Below are positions 1 to 12,176 of a stretch of 64,000 bases of DNA, one piece after another. A program made the position numbers and the translations under genes. This stretch comes from a virus, in the IMG/VR virus record IMGVR_UViG_3300031857_000123, positions 4,915 through 68,914 of that record; one strand, given 5' to 3'. Under the pieces are notes generated by a model, which was not told the DNA's origin, searched no databases, and was given only the letters and a program-made list of their open reading frames with translations. Within the stretch, counting starts at the first letter, position 1, and every line of letters begins with the position of its first letter.

Positions 1-5
1 TATTC

Positions 6-359
6 ATGATAAATTTAAGCACTGAAGGCTGGCCACAAATATTGGTAATGGTAAGCTTAGCGGTTATAGCAATTTTTATTGGTACTCAAAAGCTTTTTAA
101 AGAGTGGAAGTCCACCAATGCGGAAACCAGCATTATTACGCTAATGCATCAAGAACTAGAGCGGCTGTCTGAGCAAAATACCTCTTTAAGCCAAGAGTTG
201 GGTAGATTAAACACCGAGATTATAAAATTAAATCAAGAGTTACACAATCTAACCATAGAAAATCAAAGATTACATACGGAAGTAGTTACTTTAACTAGTG
301 AAGTTAGTAGATTACAAGCAATACTGATTAAAAGGGCTCCTTATGGCATCACCAGTTAA
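6..359 (+). CDS. Membrane-anchored coiled-coil protein (holin/virion-associated candidate)
   Basis: One N-terminal hydrophobic helix followed by a heptad-repeat coiled coil; lies in the tail operon. Confidence 0.45.
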   Translation: MINLSTEGWPQILVMVSLAVIAIFIGTQKLFKEWKSTNAETSIITLMHQELERLSEQNTSLSQELGRLNTEIIKLNQELHNLTIENQRLHTEVVTLTSEVSRLQAILIKRAPYGITS

Positions 360-930
360 GCTAAACTTTCAAATATACCAAGGCGGAACATTTAAACAAA
401 TTTTACGCTGGGAGTCAGGAACCAAGGCTTATGTTCCTATTACTAACATTACAAAAAGCGCCCCTGTAGCAATTACTGCAGTAGGGCATGATATTCCTCC
501 TGGTTGGCGTGTTAAAGTACTCAACGCAGGTGGCATGAAAGAAATCAATAGCGCAGATACCTACTATCAAGCCACAGTAGTAACAGATAACTTAATTGAA
601 CTAAATAGTGTGGTAAGTTTAAACTATTCAAACTATACCAGCGGTGGTGTACTAGAATACAATCTGCCAATTAACCTATCAGGATATACTGGTAAATTAA
701 CACTAGCAGACAGTGTTAACAGCACCACAGCTTTGTATGAGACTACATCAGCTGCCGGCGGAGTAGTATTAGATAATGAAGCGCATACTATAACAATTAA
801 CATACCTGCATCAGCTACACGAGATTTCAACTTTTCAAAAGCAGTATATGATCTTAGTTTACAACGAGGTACTGAGATTACGCCTTTTGCAACTGGGTTA
901 ATATTTTTAACTAAGGGAGCAAATATATAA
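343..930 (+). CDS. Phage structural/tail-associated protein
   Basis: N-terminal FQIYQGGTF and C-terminal VYDL...F.TG motifs typical of BppU-like/tail-associated beta-sandwich proteins; overlaps neighbouring genes. Confidence 0.5.
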   Translation: MASPVKLNFQIYQGGTFKQILRWESGTKAYVPITNITKSAPVAITAVGHDIPPGWRVKVLNAGGMKEINSADTYYQATVVTDNLIELNSVVSLNYSNYTSGGVLEYNLPINLSGYTGKLTLADSVNSTTALYETTSAAGGVVLDNEAHTITINIPASATRDFNFSKAVYDLSLQRGTEITPFATGLIFLTKGANI

Positions 931-1175
931 TGGAAAGCGTAGTAGTATCCTCAACCGAAATAGTTGTAATTGAAACAGATACTAGCAATACAGTTACTAC
1001 TGGTACTTTGCTGGGTGCAGGAACGGGGGATGGGGTAAGCTCTATTAGTCAAGCGATTGACGTAGACATAACCGAACTAACTACCGGATCTATTCTCGTA
1101 TATAATGCTATGAATGCGCAGTGGAAAGCCACCCTACTGCTACAAGAGCAAACAATAGAATGTGGCCAGTTCTAA
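930..1175 (+). CDS. Small tail-fibre-associated protein
   Basis: DVDITELTTGSILVYNA..QW repeat unit and terminal IECGQF motif seen in phage fibre proteins. Confidence 0.5.
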   Translation: MESVVVSSTEIVVIETDTSNTVTTGTLLGAGTGDGVSSISQAIDVDITELTTGSILVYNAMNAQWKATLLLQEQTIECGQF

Positions 1176-1187
1176 AAGGAATTAATA

Positions 1188-3134
1188 ATGTCTTCAACAA
1201 TTAAGATAAAAAGATCCGAAGTTGCAGGTAATCCTGCAGTTTTGGGAGCAGGTGAACTGGCTTATTCTGGTTTAACTGACAATGGCGTAAACGGCGGAGA
1301 TCGTCTATACGTTGGTATGGGTACTGAAACTGCAGGTAATGCAGTTAATCACGTTGTAATCGGAGGTAAGTACTTTACCGATATGCTAGACCATAGCAAA
1401 GGTGTACTAACTGCCAACTCAGCAATTATTACCGATGCTAGTAAAAAATTAGATCAATTATTAGTTGATAATATTGATATTAATGGTAATGCTATTGCTG
1501 CAACAAATCTAAACGGTGATCTTGGTATTGCTGGTAATGGTAGTGGTAAAGTATTGATTTCAAATGTATACAGACTACCCAATGTTGATGGTACCGCTGG
1601 TTACGTACTAACCACTGATGGCAGTGGTAATGTTGCTTGGAATGCAGCCGTTAGTAGTCTAAATATTTTAGGCAATACTGGCACAGATACTTTAAATCTA
1701 CTCACAGACTCCTTGTCAATTACTGGTACAGGACCAGTTAGTACAGCAGTTAATGCAGCTACTAATACCTTAGCTATTACAGTTGCAAATGCAACTACAA
1801 CTACAACAGGTATTGCTAGTTTTTCTACTAATGATTTTAGTGTGTCAAGCGGAGCAGTTAGCCTTAAAACCAACGCAATTTATAATGCTGTTGGTTCAAT
1901 GCTGTCAGGCACTCAAAGTGGTATCACAGTTAGCCTGAATAATCTAAATAACACATTAGATTTTGTTGTAGGTTCTTTGAATGTTAGCTTAACAGGAGCT
2001 GTTGAAAGCACTATTACTAGCACTGGTCCTAATACTAGTGTTTTAAGTGTTACTATTCCTAATAGTTCTATTGCCAATAATAAACTGGCTAATAATACTG
2101 TTACTATCGGTACAACACAAGTTGCGTTAGGTGCTACAGCAGTGAATTTGCTAGGCCTACAAAGTTTAGATGTTGATAATATTAACATCAACGGAAACAC
2201 CATTGGTATTACAGATACCAACGGTAATTTAAGCTTGGCTGCTAACGGCACAGGAACAATTGCAGCAAATAACTTCCGTATTAGTGGTTTAGCTGATCCA
2301 ATTAATCCTAATGATGCAGCTACAAAAGCATATGTTGACGCACGAAGCGCAGGCCTAGACCCTAAGGCGTCAGTAAGAGTAGCAACTACCGAAAACATTA
2401 GTTTAAGTGGCACTCCAAGCATCGACGGAGTTTCAATTGTTGAAGGCAACCGCGTTTTGGTTAAAAACCAAACAATTGCCACACAAAACGGTATTTACAT
2501 AGTATCTGCAAGCTCATGGTCTCGCAGCGCAGACTTTGATCAAGATCAAGAAGCAACTGCTGGCGTATTCTTTTTTGTTGAAGAAGGTGTAACCAACGGC
2601 GACGCTGGTTTTGTACTAACAACTGATAATCAAGTAACGATTGGTGTAACTGACTTAACTTTCACACAGTTCTCTGGCACAGGTCAAATTGTTGCTGGTG
2701 CTGGCTTGCAAAAGTCCGGCAATGAACTAAGTGTTAACGTACTAAGTACCGGTGGCATTGAAATTGTTGCTGATAACCTGCAACTAAAAAGCAGCTTAGC
2801 AGGAGCAGGTTTAACGTACTCAAATGGTGTGCTAAACCTAGTTGGTACAACAGATCGTATTACTGTTAATTCAGACAACTTAGATATTGCAGCTACTTAT
2901 GCAGGTCAAACTTCAATTACTACTCTTGGTACTATTGCTACAGGTACTTGGAATGGTACTGCAATTAGTGCCAGTTACGGTGGTACCGGAGTATCCTCAT
3001 TTACAGTTGGTGATTTACTAGTTGCTAATACCACATCAAGCCTTGCTAAACTAGGTTTAGGCCAAGACGGAAAGATTCTACAATCAAACGGTACTACTCT
3101 AGTATACGCAGACATTGATGGTGGAACCTACTAA
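1188..3134 (+). CDS. Tail fibre protein
   Basis: N-terminal IKIKRS...L..GELAY module, DAATKAYVD and KASVRVATT..I.LSG...IDGV fibre motifs, ends IDGGTY; SD AGGA. Confidence 0.8.
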   Translation: MSSTIKIKRSEVAGNPAVLGAGELAYSGLTDNGVNGGDRLYVGMGTETAGNAVNHVVIGGKYFTDMLDHSKGVLTANSAIITDASKKLDQLLVDNIDINGNAIAATNLNGDLGIAGNGSGKVLISNVYRLPNVDGTAGYVLTTDGSGNVAWNAAVSSLNILGNTGTDTLNLLTDSLSITGTGPVSTAVNAATNTLAITVANATTTTTGIASFSTNDFSVSSGAVSLKTNAIYNAVGSMLSGTQSGITVSLNNLNNTLDFVVGSLNVSLTGAVESTITSTGPNTSVLSVTIPNSSIANNKLANNTVTIGTTQVALGATAVNLLGLQSLDVDNININGNTIGITDTNGNLSLAANGTGTIAANNFRISGLADPINPNDAATKAYVDARSAGLDPKASVRVATTENISLSGTPSIDGVSIVEGNRVLVKNQTIATQNGIYIVSASSWSRSADFDQDQEATAGVFFFVEEGVTNGDAGFVLTTDNQVTIGVTDLTFTQFSGTGQIVAGAGLQKSGNELSVNVLSTGGIEIVADNLQLKSSLAGAGLTYSNGVLNLVGTTDRITVNSDNLDIAATYAGQTSITTLGTIATGTWNGTAISASYGGTGVSSFTVGDLLVANTTSSLAKLGLGQDGKILQSNGTTLVYADIDGGTY

Positions 3135-3173
3135 GTATAGTTGCTACTATACCACACCTTTTTAGGAACAAAT

Positions 3174-4811
3174 ATGTCAAATAAAATTATCTTAAAAAAA
3201 TCATCTGTTAACAGCAAAGCGCCTGTTACAGGTGACTTAGAGTATGGTGAACTGGCTCTTAACTACGCAGATGGTAAGCTGTACTTTAAAACCCCCGGTA
3301 ATACAATTGACTACTTTAGTTCTGGAGATTTGGTAACTGGACCAACAGGACCGCAAGGTACTGTTGGCGCTACTGGGCCACAAGGTTTGCAAGGACCCCA
3401 AGGTGTAACAGGCCCTACAGGAGCGCAAGGTGTTGTTGGCCCAACAGGTGCTACAGGTGCTGACTCAACAGTTGCAGGTCCCACAGGTGCGCAAGGTATT
3501 CAAGGTATTCAAGGTGTTGTGGGACCCACAGGTGCTACAGGTGCCGACTCAACAGTAGCAGGCCCCACAGGTGCACAAGGCGTTGCAGGTCCCACAGGTG
3601 CACAAGGTATTGTGGGCCCTACAGGTGCACAGGGTACACAAGGTGTAACAGGCCCCACAGGTGCCCAAGGTGAAACCGGCGTGCAAGGTATACAAGGTGT
3701 GCAGGGTGTAGCAGGCCCCACAGGTGCACAAGGCACACAAGGCGTTCAAGGTGTGCAGGGTGTAGCAGGCCCCACCGGTGCTGTAGGCCCCACAGGTGCA
3801 CAAGGCAGCACAGGTGCAGCTGGTCCCACAGGACCACAAGGCCCACAAGGTCCACAAGGACTTCAAGGCAATCAAGGCCTGCAAGGTGTTGCAGGCCCAA
3901 CAGGTCCACAAGGTGTAGAAGGGGCAGCCTCAACAGTAGCAGGCCCCACAGGACCAACCGGTCCAGTTAATAGCTCTAGCGTATACACAGGTATTGAAGT
4001 AGATACTTTTACTTCCAACGGATCTACAACCAGCTATACACTAAGCTTACAGCCAATAAGCAAAGACTATGTACTAGTAATGTTGCAAGGTACCTTGCAG
4101 CCTCGCAGTATTTATTCAGTTAGTGGATCCACACTAACATTTACTGAAGCACCAACAGCAGGTGCCCTAATAGAAATTACCACGTTTACAGCAGCACAAG
4201 ATGTTGTTGTTGGTCCCACAGGACCGCAGGGCACACAAGGTGTGCAAGGAATTCAAGGCATCACAGGTGCCACAGGCCCAACTGGCAGTGTGGGTCCCAC
4301 AGGACCACAAGGTGTAGCAGGACCCACAGGTGCTACTGGTGCTAACTCAACAGTGGCGGGCCCCACTGGCGCTCAAGGACCACAAGGAGTACAAGGACCC
4401 ATAGGTACGGCAGGGCCCACAGGTGCACAAGGTATTCAGGGCCCACAAGGTATTCAGGGTATTCAAGGTGTAGCAGGCCCCACAGGCCCAGCAGGTAGTG
4501 GTGGAAGTACAGGGTTACAAGAAAACACACGAACTTCCAGTTATCAGCTAACAGCATCGGATAATGGCAAGTATATTAATATTAGTAATGGTGGTGTAAC
4601 AGTTCCTGTTAACACATTTATTGCAGGTAATACTATTTCTATTTATAATAATTCAGCAGCTTCACAAACAATTGTTCAAGCTGCAGGCGTAACAATTTAT
4701 TTAATTGGTACTAGTATAACTGGCAGCAGAACACTAGCACAACGAGGTTTAGCTACACTACTATGTGTGGCTAACAACGAATTTGTGATTACTGGCGGAG
4801 GTTTATCCTAA
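3174..4811 (+). CDS. Collagen-like (Gly-X-Y) tail fibre protein
   Basis: IILKKSSV...[17 protein letters not shown]-terminus and long GPTGAQG repeats; ATG 3174 with SD AGGA preferred over TTG 3141. Confidence 0.85.
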   Translation: MSNKIILKKSSVNSKAPVTGDLEYGELALNYADGKLYFKTPGNTIDYFSSGDLVTGPTGPQGTVGATGPQGLQGPQGVTGPTGAQGVVGPTGATGADSTVAGPTGAQGIQGIQGVVGPTGATGADSTVAGPTGAQGVAGPTGAQGIVGPTGAQGTQGVTGPTGAQGETGVQGIQGVQGVAGPTGAQGTQGVQGVQGVAGPTGAVGPTGAQGSTGAAGPTGPQGPQGPQGLQGNQGLQGVAGPTGPQGVEGAASTVAGPTGPTGPVNSSSVYTGIEVDTFTSNGSTTSYTLSLQPISKDYVLVMLQGTLQPRSIYSVSGSTLTFTEAPTAGALIEITTFTAAQDVVVGPTGPQGTQGVQGIQGITGATGPTGSVGPTGPQGVAGPTGATGANSTVAGPTGAQGPQGVQGPIGTAGPTGAQGIQGPQGIQGIQGVAGPTGPAGSGGSTGLQENTRTSSYQLTASDNGKYINISNGGVTVPVNTFIAGNTISIYNNSAASQTIVQAAGVTIYLIGTSITGSRTLAQRGLATLLCVANNEFVITGGGLS

Positions 4812-6412
4812 TGTCAGTTATTCAACTATTTTTTGCATATATAAGTGATTTAGTTTCGCCATATGCTTGGAGTATTATCAGAGCAGTTTGGCCTAGCACA
4901 GGTAGTTCTGGTATTTTTAGTGTTGCTGCTCAAGAAACTTCAGCGTCTGGGGTGTTTTTTAAACCAGATGGTACTAAAATGTACGTTTTAGGCACTTCAG
5001 GTGGAGACGTAAATGAGTATAATTTAGCCACGCCCTGGGATGTTACAACCGCTAGTTTTGTACAATCCCAATTCCAAGGCTATCCTAGTGAGAGTACACC
5101 AACAGGTATATTTTTTAAACCAGATGGTTTAACCATGTATTTAATTGGTCAAAGCAATGATTTTGTTGCCCAATATACACTAACAACTGCTTGGGATATA
5201 AGCACATTTAGTTTTACTGAAAGATTTAGCATTAACGCTCAAGAAGGTAGTTCAGAAAGCGTATTTTTCAGCACAGACGGTACAAAAATGTACGTAATAG
5301 GCAATGGAGGAGATGATGTAAATGAGTATACATTATATACTGCTTGGAGTGTGAGTACAGCTAGTTACACACGAGTATTTAGCGTTGTCGCGCAAGAAGC
5401 AATCCCTAGAGCGCTGTTTTTTAAACCAGACGGTACTAAAATGTATGTAAGCGGTAATAGTGAAAAAATACATGAGTACACACTAACAACGCCTTGGAAT
5501 CTTTCCAGTGCTAGTTTTACAAGAAGTACAATAGATATAGGTGAGTTTAGATCAAGCATAAATGTAGGGTGTATATTTATAAAACCAGATGGCACAGAAC
5601 TGTACGTTGCAAATGATTTAACAGATGATATTATTACTTTTACAATGCTGACCCCTTGGGATGTTTCCAGCTTAGTAATAAAAAGACCTACTTACAGTGC
5701 TAGTACACAGCCACAATTTGCAGGTGCACACGATTTGTTTTTTCACCCAGACGGAACAAAAGTGTTTATCTTAGGGCAATCCCTTAGTTTTGTGGTTTGC
5801 TATGATCTTTTAGAACCTTGGCGTATACAAACTATTAGATATGTTAATGAATTTAATGTAGGTACTCAAGAGAGTTCGCCTACCGGTTTATTTTTTAGAC
5901 CCGACGGTTTAAAAATGTACGTAATTGGAACCAACAATGACAGAGTACAAGAGTACAATTTATCAACAGCGTGGAACGTTACCACAGCAGTATTCAGTCA
6001 GAATTTTAGCGTAGGAGCGCGAGACTCTACTCCTGATGGATTGTTTTTTACACCAGACGGTCTAACAATGTACGTAGTTGGAAACAGAGTATATCAGTTT
6101 GTATTAACAACAGCTTGGAATATTAGTACTGCAAGTTATGTTAGAGAGTATAACACAAACCTACAAGATACTTCGCACAACGCTATATACTTTAAACCAG
6201 ATGGTTCGAGAATGTACACTGTAGGTAATAACAATGCCGCAGTATATGAATACTTATTAACAACACCTTGGAACGTAGGTACCGCGTCTTATGTTCAAAA
6301 CTTTAGCGTAACTGCCCAGCAAACTAATCCACGTGGTATAAGTTTTAAACCAGACGGTACTACAATGTATATAGTGGGTGGAGGGTCGGTGCACGAGTAT
6401 GTTATTCAATAA
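4811..6412 (+). CDS. Beta-propeller repeat protein (putative receptor-binding adhesin)
   Basis: Ten ~50-aa repeats with FFKPDGTKMYV.G core and L.T.W.V.TA motif; TAATG-coupled to the fibre gene. Confidence 0.75.
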   Translation: MSVIQLFFAYISDLVSPYAWSIIRAVWPSTGSSGIFSVAAQETSASGVFFKPDGTKMYVLGTSGGDVNEYNLATPWDVTTASFVQSQFQGYPSESTPTGIFFKPDGLTMYLIGQSNDFVAQYTLTTAWDISTFSFTERFSINAQEGSSESVFFSTDGTKMYVIGNGGDDVNEYTLYTAWSVSTASYTRVFSVVAQEAIPRALFFKPDGTKMYVSGNSEKIHEYTLTTPWNLSSASFTRSTIDIGEFRSSINVGCIFIKPDGTELYVANDLTDDIITFTMLTPWDVSSLVIKRPTYSASTQPQFAGAHDLFFHPDGTKVFILGQSLSFVVCYDLLEPWRIQTIRYVNEFNVGTQESSPTGLFFRPDGLKMYVIGTNNDRVQEYNLSTAWNVTTAVFSQNFSVGARDSTPDGLFFTPDGLTMYVVGNRVYQFVLTTAWNISTASYVREYNTNLQDTSHNAIYFKPDGSRMYTVGNNNAAVYEYLLTTPWNVGTASYVQNFSVTAQQTNPRGISFKPDGTTMYIVGGGSVHEYVIQ

Positions 6413-6439
6413 CATTATTAATCTACTAAAGGTAATTAA

Positions 6440-9400
6440 ATGAGCATTTTAAAATTAAAGCCGTACAGCTTAGACCAAGCGGCGGAATATACTTTTGGTA
6501 GTATTACAGTTACCGGTCTAAGCAACCTGGGTAACCTAAGCAACATTGTAATTGCTGACGGTACGACAGGTCAAACCGTAATCAAAAACGCACTAGGCGG
6601 TTTAACTTGGGTTACACCTTTTAGCGGTAGCTATACTGACTTAACAAACAAACCAACACTTACTGTTGGCCCAACGGGTCCACAAGGTGAAGTAGGCCCA
6701 CAAGGCATACAAGGTGTACAAGGCGTTGCAGGTCCCACAGGTCCGCAGGGCTTACAAGGGGATGCAGGCGTTGCGGGGCCCACAGGTGCACAAGGCGCAC
6801 AAGGTATACAAGGTGTTGCAGGTCCAACAGGTGCACAAGGTGATACCGGAGCCCAAGGCGTTGCGGGACCCACAGGTGCACAAGGCATACAAGGCATACA
6901 AGGTACGCAAGGCGAAACCGGTGCACAAGGCACGCAAGGTACGCAAGGTTTGGTGGGTCCAACAGGCTCACAAGGTGTTGCAGGCCCCACAGGCCCACAA
7001 GGTAATACTGGTCTACAAGGCCCAACAGGCTCACAGGGTGAAACTGGTATACAAGGCCCTACAGGTGCTCAAGGATTGCAAGGCACTCAAGGCATACAAG
7101 GTATACAAGGTGTTGCAGGTCCCACAGGCCCACAAGGTATTCAAGGCGAAGTAGGCCCACAAGGAAGTACTGGTCTACAAGGTCCAACAGGTGCACAAGG
7201 TGCACAAGGTGTGCAAGGTGAACTGGGTCCCACAGGACCACAAGGTATTCAAGGCGAAGTAGGTCCTCAAGGTATAGCAGGCCCTACTGGATCACAAGGT
7301 GCTCAAGGTGTTTCAATCACACTCAAAGGCGAAGCAGCTGACGTAGCCAGTTTGCCAGCTTCAGCTGACATAAACGATGCCTACATTGTACAGTCAGACG
7401 GTAACTTGTGGGTATGGAATGGTACTACTTGGACAGATGCTGGTCAAATTGTTGGTCCGCAAGGTCCCACAGGTGCTGCTTCCACAGTTGCTGGACCAAC
7501 AGGCGCGCAAGGTGAAACCGGTGCACAAGGTCCTACTGGGCCACAAGGTATTCAGGGTACCCAAGGTGTGCAAGGTGAAGTGGGCCCAACAGGTGCACAA
7601 GGTGTTGTAGGTCCAACAGGTGCACAAGGTGATGCAGGCGTTGCAGGTCCCACAGGTGCACAAGGTGTGCAAGGTGTGCAAGGTGTGCAAGGCACACAAG
7701 GCGATGTAGGCCCACAAGGTGCAACTGGACCCACAGGTGCACAAGGCTCAGACGGAACAAGCGTAACACTAAAAGGCTCCGTAGCACTATTATCAGACTT
7801 AGACTACATTAACACACCACAAGTTGGAGACTTATATGTTGTCCTAGAAGGTGGTAATGGTTATGTTTATAATGGTTCTGTGTGGAGCAGTGTAGGAGCT
7901 ATCAGAGGTCCACAAGGACCAACAGGTGTTCAAGGAGCCGCTGGCCCCACCGGTGCACAAGGTGTTCAGGGAGTTCAAGGACCAACTGGCCCACAAGGTG
8001 TTCAAGGTGAAACAGGTACACAAGGTGCTCAAGGAGTTCAAGGACCCACAGGTGCACAAGGTGCTCAAGGTGTGCAAGGACCCACAGGTGCACAAGGCGC
8101 GCAAGGTGAAACTGGTGCTCAAGGATTACAGGGTACTCAAGGCATACAAGGTGTGCAAGGCGAAGTGGGCCCAACAGGACCACAAGGTTTGGTGGGCCCA
8201 ACAGGTGCTCAAGGAGCCGATGGCCTGGACTCAACAGTGGCTGGTCCACAAGGCATTCAAGGACCAACTGGTCCGCAAGGCACACAAGGCATTCAAGGCG
8301 ACACTGGTGCCACAGGCCCAACAGGTGCACAGGGTGTACAAGGTACAGCAGGACCCACAGGTGCCCAGGGTACTCAAGGTGAAACAGGTGCTGTGGGACC
8401 AACTGGTCCACAAGGCACACAAGGCATTCAAGGCGTTGAGGGCGTTCAAGGCGTTCAAGGACCCACTGGCCCACAAGGTGCACAAGGCACGCAAGGTATA
8501 CAAGGTGTTGTTGGTCCAACAGGTGCACAAGGTGTTGCAGGTGCTACAGGTCCCACAGGTGCGCAGGGTGTTGCAGGTGCTACAGGTCCCACAGGCGTAG
8601 CTGGCCCAACAGGTACACAAGGTTTGGTGGGCCCAACAGGTGCACAAGGTGTTGCAGGTCCCACAGGTGCGCAGGGTGTTGCATCTACTGTACCAGGCCC
8701 AACCGGGGCACAAGGCCCAACAGGTCCTGCTGGCAGCGGCAGTAGTGCACTGGCTGACCTAACTGATGTTGACTTAACCACTGCTGCCACAAATGGTCAA
8801 GCACTTGTGTACGATACTGCTACCAGTACTTGGAAACCGGGCAGTGTTGCTGCTGGTTCAGGTGGGGTTGGAGGAAGTTTTGTTACCAGAACTTATAGCG
8901 GCGATGGTACTACTGTTGATTATACAGTTACCTCAGGTTTAACAGTAGACTCCGTGCTTGTATTAGAAAACGGTATTGCACAGACTCCCACTGTAGACTA
9001 TACTGTAACCGGAACAACACTAACATTTACTACTGCCCCGGCTAGCGGCATGAGTATTCAAATACGCGAACTAGGCGGCGGTGACGTTACACTAACTAGC
9101 ACACAAACTTTAAGTAACAAAACAGTTGTTGATGTGGTGTTTGAGGGCGATTATACAGAGCAAGTATTTACCATCACAGACGGTGCATCGGTTGATCTTG
9201 ACCCGTCTAATGGCACGGTGCAAGTGTGGACATTGGGGGCTAATCGCAGCCCCACAGCAACAAATTTTGCTTCAGGGCAGTCTATGACCTTGATGGTTGA
9301 TGATGGTGCGGCCTATGCAATTACATGGCCAAGTGTAACATGGAAGACCGATGGGGGCGTTGCACCAACGCTTAACACAGCAAGTGTGACTGTAATTCAG

Positions 9401-9451
9401 TTGTGGAAAGTCGATACTGTTTTATACGGTGCACGAGTAGGAGACGCTTAA
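6440..9451 (+). CDS. Long collagen-like tail fibre protein
   Basis: Three long Gly-X-Y tracts separated by small W-containing beta domains; C-terminal phage fibre domain. Confidence 0.85.
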   Translation: MSILKLKPYSLDQAAEYTFGSITVTGLSNLGNLSNIVIADGTTGQTVIKNALGGLTWVTPFSGSYTDLTNKPTLTVGPTGPQGEVGPQGIQGVQGVAGPTGPQGLQGDAGVAGPTGAQGAQGIQGVAGPTGAQGDTGAQGVAGPTGAQGIQGIQGTQGETGAQGTQGTQGLVGPTGSQGVAGPTGPQGNTGLQGPTGSQGETGIQGPTGAQGLQGTQGIQGIQGVAGPTGPQGIQGEVGPQGSTGLQGPTGAQGAQGVQGELGPTGPQGIQGEVGPQGIAGPTGSQGAQGVSITLKGEAADVASLPASADINDAYIVQSDGNLWVWNGTTWTDAGQIVGPQGPTGAASTVAGPTGAQGETGAQGPTGPQGIQGTQGVQGEVGPTGAQGVVGPTGAQGDAGVAGPTGAQGVQGVQGVQGTQGDVGPQGATGPTGAQGSDGTSVTLKGSVALLSDLDYINTPQVGDLYVVLEGGNGYVYNGSVWSSVGAIRGPQGPTGVQGAAGPTGAQGVQGVQGPTGPQGVQGETGTQGAQGVQGPTGAQGAQGVQGPTGAQGAQGETGAQGLQGTQGIQGVQGEVGPTGPQGLVGPTGAQGADGLDSTVAGPQGIQGPTGPQGTQGIQGDTGATGPTGAQGVQGTAGPTGAQGTQGETGAVGPTGPQGTQGIQGVEGVQGVQGPTGPQGAQGTQGIQGVVGPTGAQGVAGATGPTGAQGVAGATGPTGVAGPTGTQGLVGPTGAQGVAGPTGAQGVASTVPGPTGAQGPTGPAGSGSSALADLTDVDLTTAATNGQALVYDTATSTWKPGSVAAGSGGVGGSFVTRTYSGDGTTVDYTVTSGLTVDSVLVLENGIAQTPTVDYTVTGTTLTFTTAPASGMSIQIRELGGGDVTLTSTQTLSNKTVVDVVFEGDYTEQVFTITDGASVDLDPSNGTVQVWTLGANRSPTATNFASGQSMTLMVDDGAAYAITWPSVTWKTDGGVAPTLNTASVTVIQLWKVDTVLYGARVGDA

Positions 9452-11223
9452 TGCTTTCAACTAAAATTAGACCTGCGGCGGGTCCAGGCTCCGAGCCCTC
9501 TCCTGTCCCAAAAGTGTTGGCAGTATCTATCAGCGCTTCTCCTTGGATCACGGCCTACTCTTGGGGCCCAAGTGGGTTTCTTGGAACGTACTCAAATCCT
9601 GCCACTCTTCCAACAGGCGTAGGCTTCGGGGTAGCGTTCAGCCCTGCGGGAGACGCTATTGCGGTGGCCCACAACACAACTCCTTTTATAACCGCTTATC
9701 CATGGTCAGGCTCTGGTTTTGGAACGAAGTATGCCAATCCTGCAACGCTTCCCGCAAGTACTGGCAACGGGGTAGCATTCAGCCCTGCGGGAGACGCTAT
9801 TGCGGTGGCCCACAACACAACCCCTTTTATAGCCGCTTATCCATGGTCAGGCTCAGGTTTTGGCACGAAGTATGCTGATCCTGCCCCCCTTCCAATAGGC
9901 TCTTCCTTCGGGGTAGCGTTCAGCCCTGCGGGAGACGCTATTGCGATGAGCATAACCCCGTCCCCTTACATAACCGCTTATCCATGGTCAGGCTCAGGTT
10001 TTGGAACGAAGTATGCCAATCCTGCAACGCTTCCTGTAGCTACTGTAACAGGAGTAACATTTAGCCCTGATGGAGCAAGTATTGCGGTGGTCAACGGTAA
10101 TACCCCTTCCATAACCGCCTATTCATGGTCGAGCGCAGGTTTTGGCACGAAGTATGCCAATCCTGTAACGTTGCCACCACTTAATAGCAGCGGGGTCGCC
10201 TTTAGCCCTGCGGGAGACGCTATTGCGGTGGCCAGCAATAACAGCCCTTACATAACCGCTTATCCATGGTCAGGCTCAGGTTTTGGCGCGAAGTATGCCA
10301 ATCCTGCCACCCTTCCAACGGGCACTGGCCGCGCGGTATCGTTCAGCCCTGATGGAGCAAACATTGCTGTGGCCCACTCTAATTCCCCTTATATAACCGC
10401 CTATCCGTGGTCGGGCGCAGGTTTTGGCGTGAAATATGCCAATCCAAGCGTGCTCCCTAAAAGCGCTGGATACGGGGTGGCGTGGAATACTGTAGGCGAT
10501 GTAAGGTATCCGCAGTACCTAGCGGTGGCCCACTTCAATACCCCTTTTATAACCGCCTATCCATGGTCAGGCTTTGGTTTTGGCACGAAGTATGCCGATC
10601 CTGCCACTCTTCCAACGGCCACTGGCACCGGGGTGGCGTTCAGCCCTGCGGGAGACGCTATTGCGGTTACGCACGGCGGCTCTCCTTACATAACCGCCTA
10701 TCCATGGTCAGGCTCTGGTTTTGGCACGAAGTATGCTGATCCTGCAACGCTTCCCACAAATACTGGCTTCGGTGTAGCGTTCAGCCCTGCGGGAGACGCT
10801 ATTGCGGTGGCCCACAACGTTACTCCTTTTATCACCGCTTATCCATGGTCAGGCTCTGGTTTTGGCACGAAGTATGCCAATCCTGCAACGCTTCCAACGG
10901 GCATTGGCAACGGTGTAGCTTTTAGTCCTGATGGAGCAAACATTGCGGTGGCCCACGCCACAACTCCTTTTATAACCGCTTATCCATGGTCAGGCTCTGG
11001 TTTTGGCACGAAGTATGCTAATCCTGCAACGCTTCCCGCAAGTACTGGCAACGGTGTAGCGTTCAGCCCTGCGGGAGACGCTATTGCGGTGGCCAACAAC
11101 ATATCCCCTTCTATAGGCGCTTATCTATGGTCAGGCTCAGGTTTTGGCACAAAGTATGCCAATGCTGCAGCGTTGCCAACAGGCAATAGCAACGGGGTAG
11201 CATTTACACAAATCATCTCTTAA
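9451..11223 (+). CDS. WD40-like beta-propeller adhesin with twelve 47-aa repeats
   Basis: Repeat IAVAH...PFITAYPWSGSGFGTKYANPATLP...GVAFSPAGDA with 141-nt DNA period; ATG 9451 overlaps the upstream TAA. Confidence 0.75.
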   Translation: MLSTKIRPAAGPGSEPSPVPKVLAVSISASPWITAYSWGPSGFLGTYSNPATLPTGVGFGVAFSPAGDAIAVAHNTTPFITAYPWSGSGFGTKYANPATLPASTGNGVAFSPAGDAIAVAHNTTPFIAAYPWSGSGFGTKYADPAPLPIGSSFGVAFSPAGDAIAMSITPSPYITAYPWSGSGFGTKYANPATLPVATVTGVTFSPDGASIAVVNGNTPSITAYSWSSAGFGTKYANPVTLPPLNSSGVAFSPAGDAIAVASNNSPYITAYPWSGSGFGAKYANPATLPTGTGRAVSFSPDGANIAVAHSNSPYITAYPWSGAGFGVKYANPSVLPKSAGYGVAWNTVGDVRYPQYLAVAHFNTPFITAYPWSGFGFGTKYADPATLPTATGTGVAFSPAGDAIAVTHGGSPYITAYPWSGSGFGTKYADPATLPTNTGFGVAFSPAGDAIAVAHNVTPFITAYPWSGSGFGTKYANPATLPTGIGNGVAFSPDGANIAVAHATTPFITAYPWSGSGFGTKYANPATLPASTGNGVAFSPAGDAIAVANNISPSIGAYLWSGSGFGTKYANAAALPTGNSNGVAFTQIIS

Positions 11224-11232
11224 AGGAAAATT

Positions 11233-11487
11233 ATGGAAAACACACCACAAACTCGCGAAGAAATCTTGACTGCATCTTTGGAGGCTCGCATTCAAGAGGT
11301 CATGCACTATCAAATCAACATTGACAACTACACTATCGCACTAGAGGAAATTGGCAACCTACCGCCGGACGAGCGGGCCGAGCTATCCGCTTTCACTGAA
11401 CAACTGCGCACGCTGCTATCTTCTGAAAAGTTGGAGCAGAAGAAGGCCCAGATTATGCTCAGCGTTATCAAACGCCAAGTCGCATGA
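11233..11487 (+). CDS. Hypothetical helical protein
   Basis: ORF with SD AAGGA in the tail operon. Confidence 0.6.
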   Translation: MENTPQTREEILTASLEARIQEVMHYQINIDNYTIALEEIGNLPPDERAELSAFTEQLRTLLSSEKLEQKKAQIMLSVIKRQVA

Positions 11488-12167
11488 AACTGTGTGTCGC
11501 CACCCCAATGTACGGCGGCAACTGCACGGCGGGCTATGCCTCGTCGTTGCTTAACCTCTCCAAGTTAATTAAGTTTGAACACAACTTTATTGCCAACGAG
11601 AGTTTGGTTACCCGCGCTCGGAACATGCTCACGCATGCCTTTCTTGAATCAGACTGCACCCACATGCTTTTTATTGATGCAGATGTGGCCTTTGACGCAC
11701 ACGGTGTGGTGAAGATGCTGGAGAGCGATAAGAACCTGATTGGCGGCTTGTATGCCAAGAAGCACATCGACTGGCAGCGCGTGTTCAACATGGCAAAGCA
11801 AGTAGATTCTGCGCAACAATTGGCAGCCAATGCCTATGACTACTACGTTAGGGGAAACGTGCAAATGGGCACGCAGGAGTGCGTGGAGGTCGAAAGCGTT
11901 GCCACGGGACTGATGTTGATAAAGCGCGATGTTTTTGCCGCCCTAAAATCGAGCACCCCTGCCAGCAAGCTTGGTTCGGCTGTCATTGGGCAAATTTCAG
12001 CCCAAACTCTCGTGCATCACTACTTTGACACAGGCTTGGATGCCAAGACTGGCGAGTTTTTGTCCGAGGACTATGCTTTTTGTCAGAAGTGGAAAAGAGC
12101 TGGAGGAAAGGTTTACGCTGCTCCTTGGATTAAAACAATCCACATTGGAACTCATAATTTTGGATAA
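11484..12167 (+). CDS. GT-A fold glycosyltransferase-like protein
   Basis: ATPMYGG, ESLVTRARN, MLFIDAD (DxD), TGLMLIKR, SEDYAFC and HIG motifs. Confidence 0.75.
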   Translation: MKLCVATPMYGGNCTAGYASSLLNLSKLIKFEHNFIANESLVTRARNMLTHAFLESDCTHMLFIDADVAFDAHGVVKMLESDKNLIGGLYAKKHIDWQRVFNMAKQVDSAQQLAANAYDYYVRGNVQMGTQECVEVESVATGLMLIKRDVFAALKSSTPASKLGSAVIGQISAQTLVHHYFDTGLDAKTGEFLSEDYAFCQKWKRAGGKVYAAPWIKTIHIGTHNFG

Positions 12168-12176
12168 GGAATAAAA

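Noticed and set aside
3509-8790. Many antisense and alternate-frame ORFs rich in Cys/Pro/His over the collagen genes
   Set aside because: Shadow frames of Gly-X-Y codon repeats; no SD and no independent protein signal
9451-11223. Diversity-generating retroelement or CRISPR-like array suggested by near-identical repeats with variable segments
   Set aside because: Repeats are in-frame coding blades, variation is not adenine-specific, and no reverse transcriptase or cas gene is in the window
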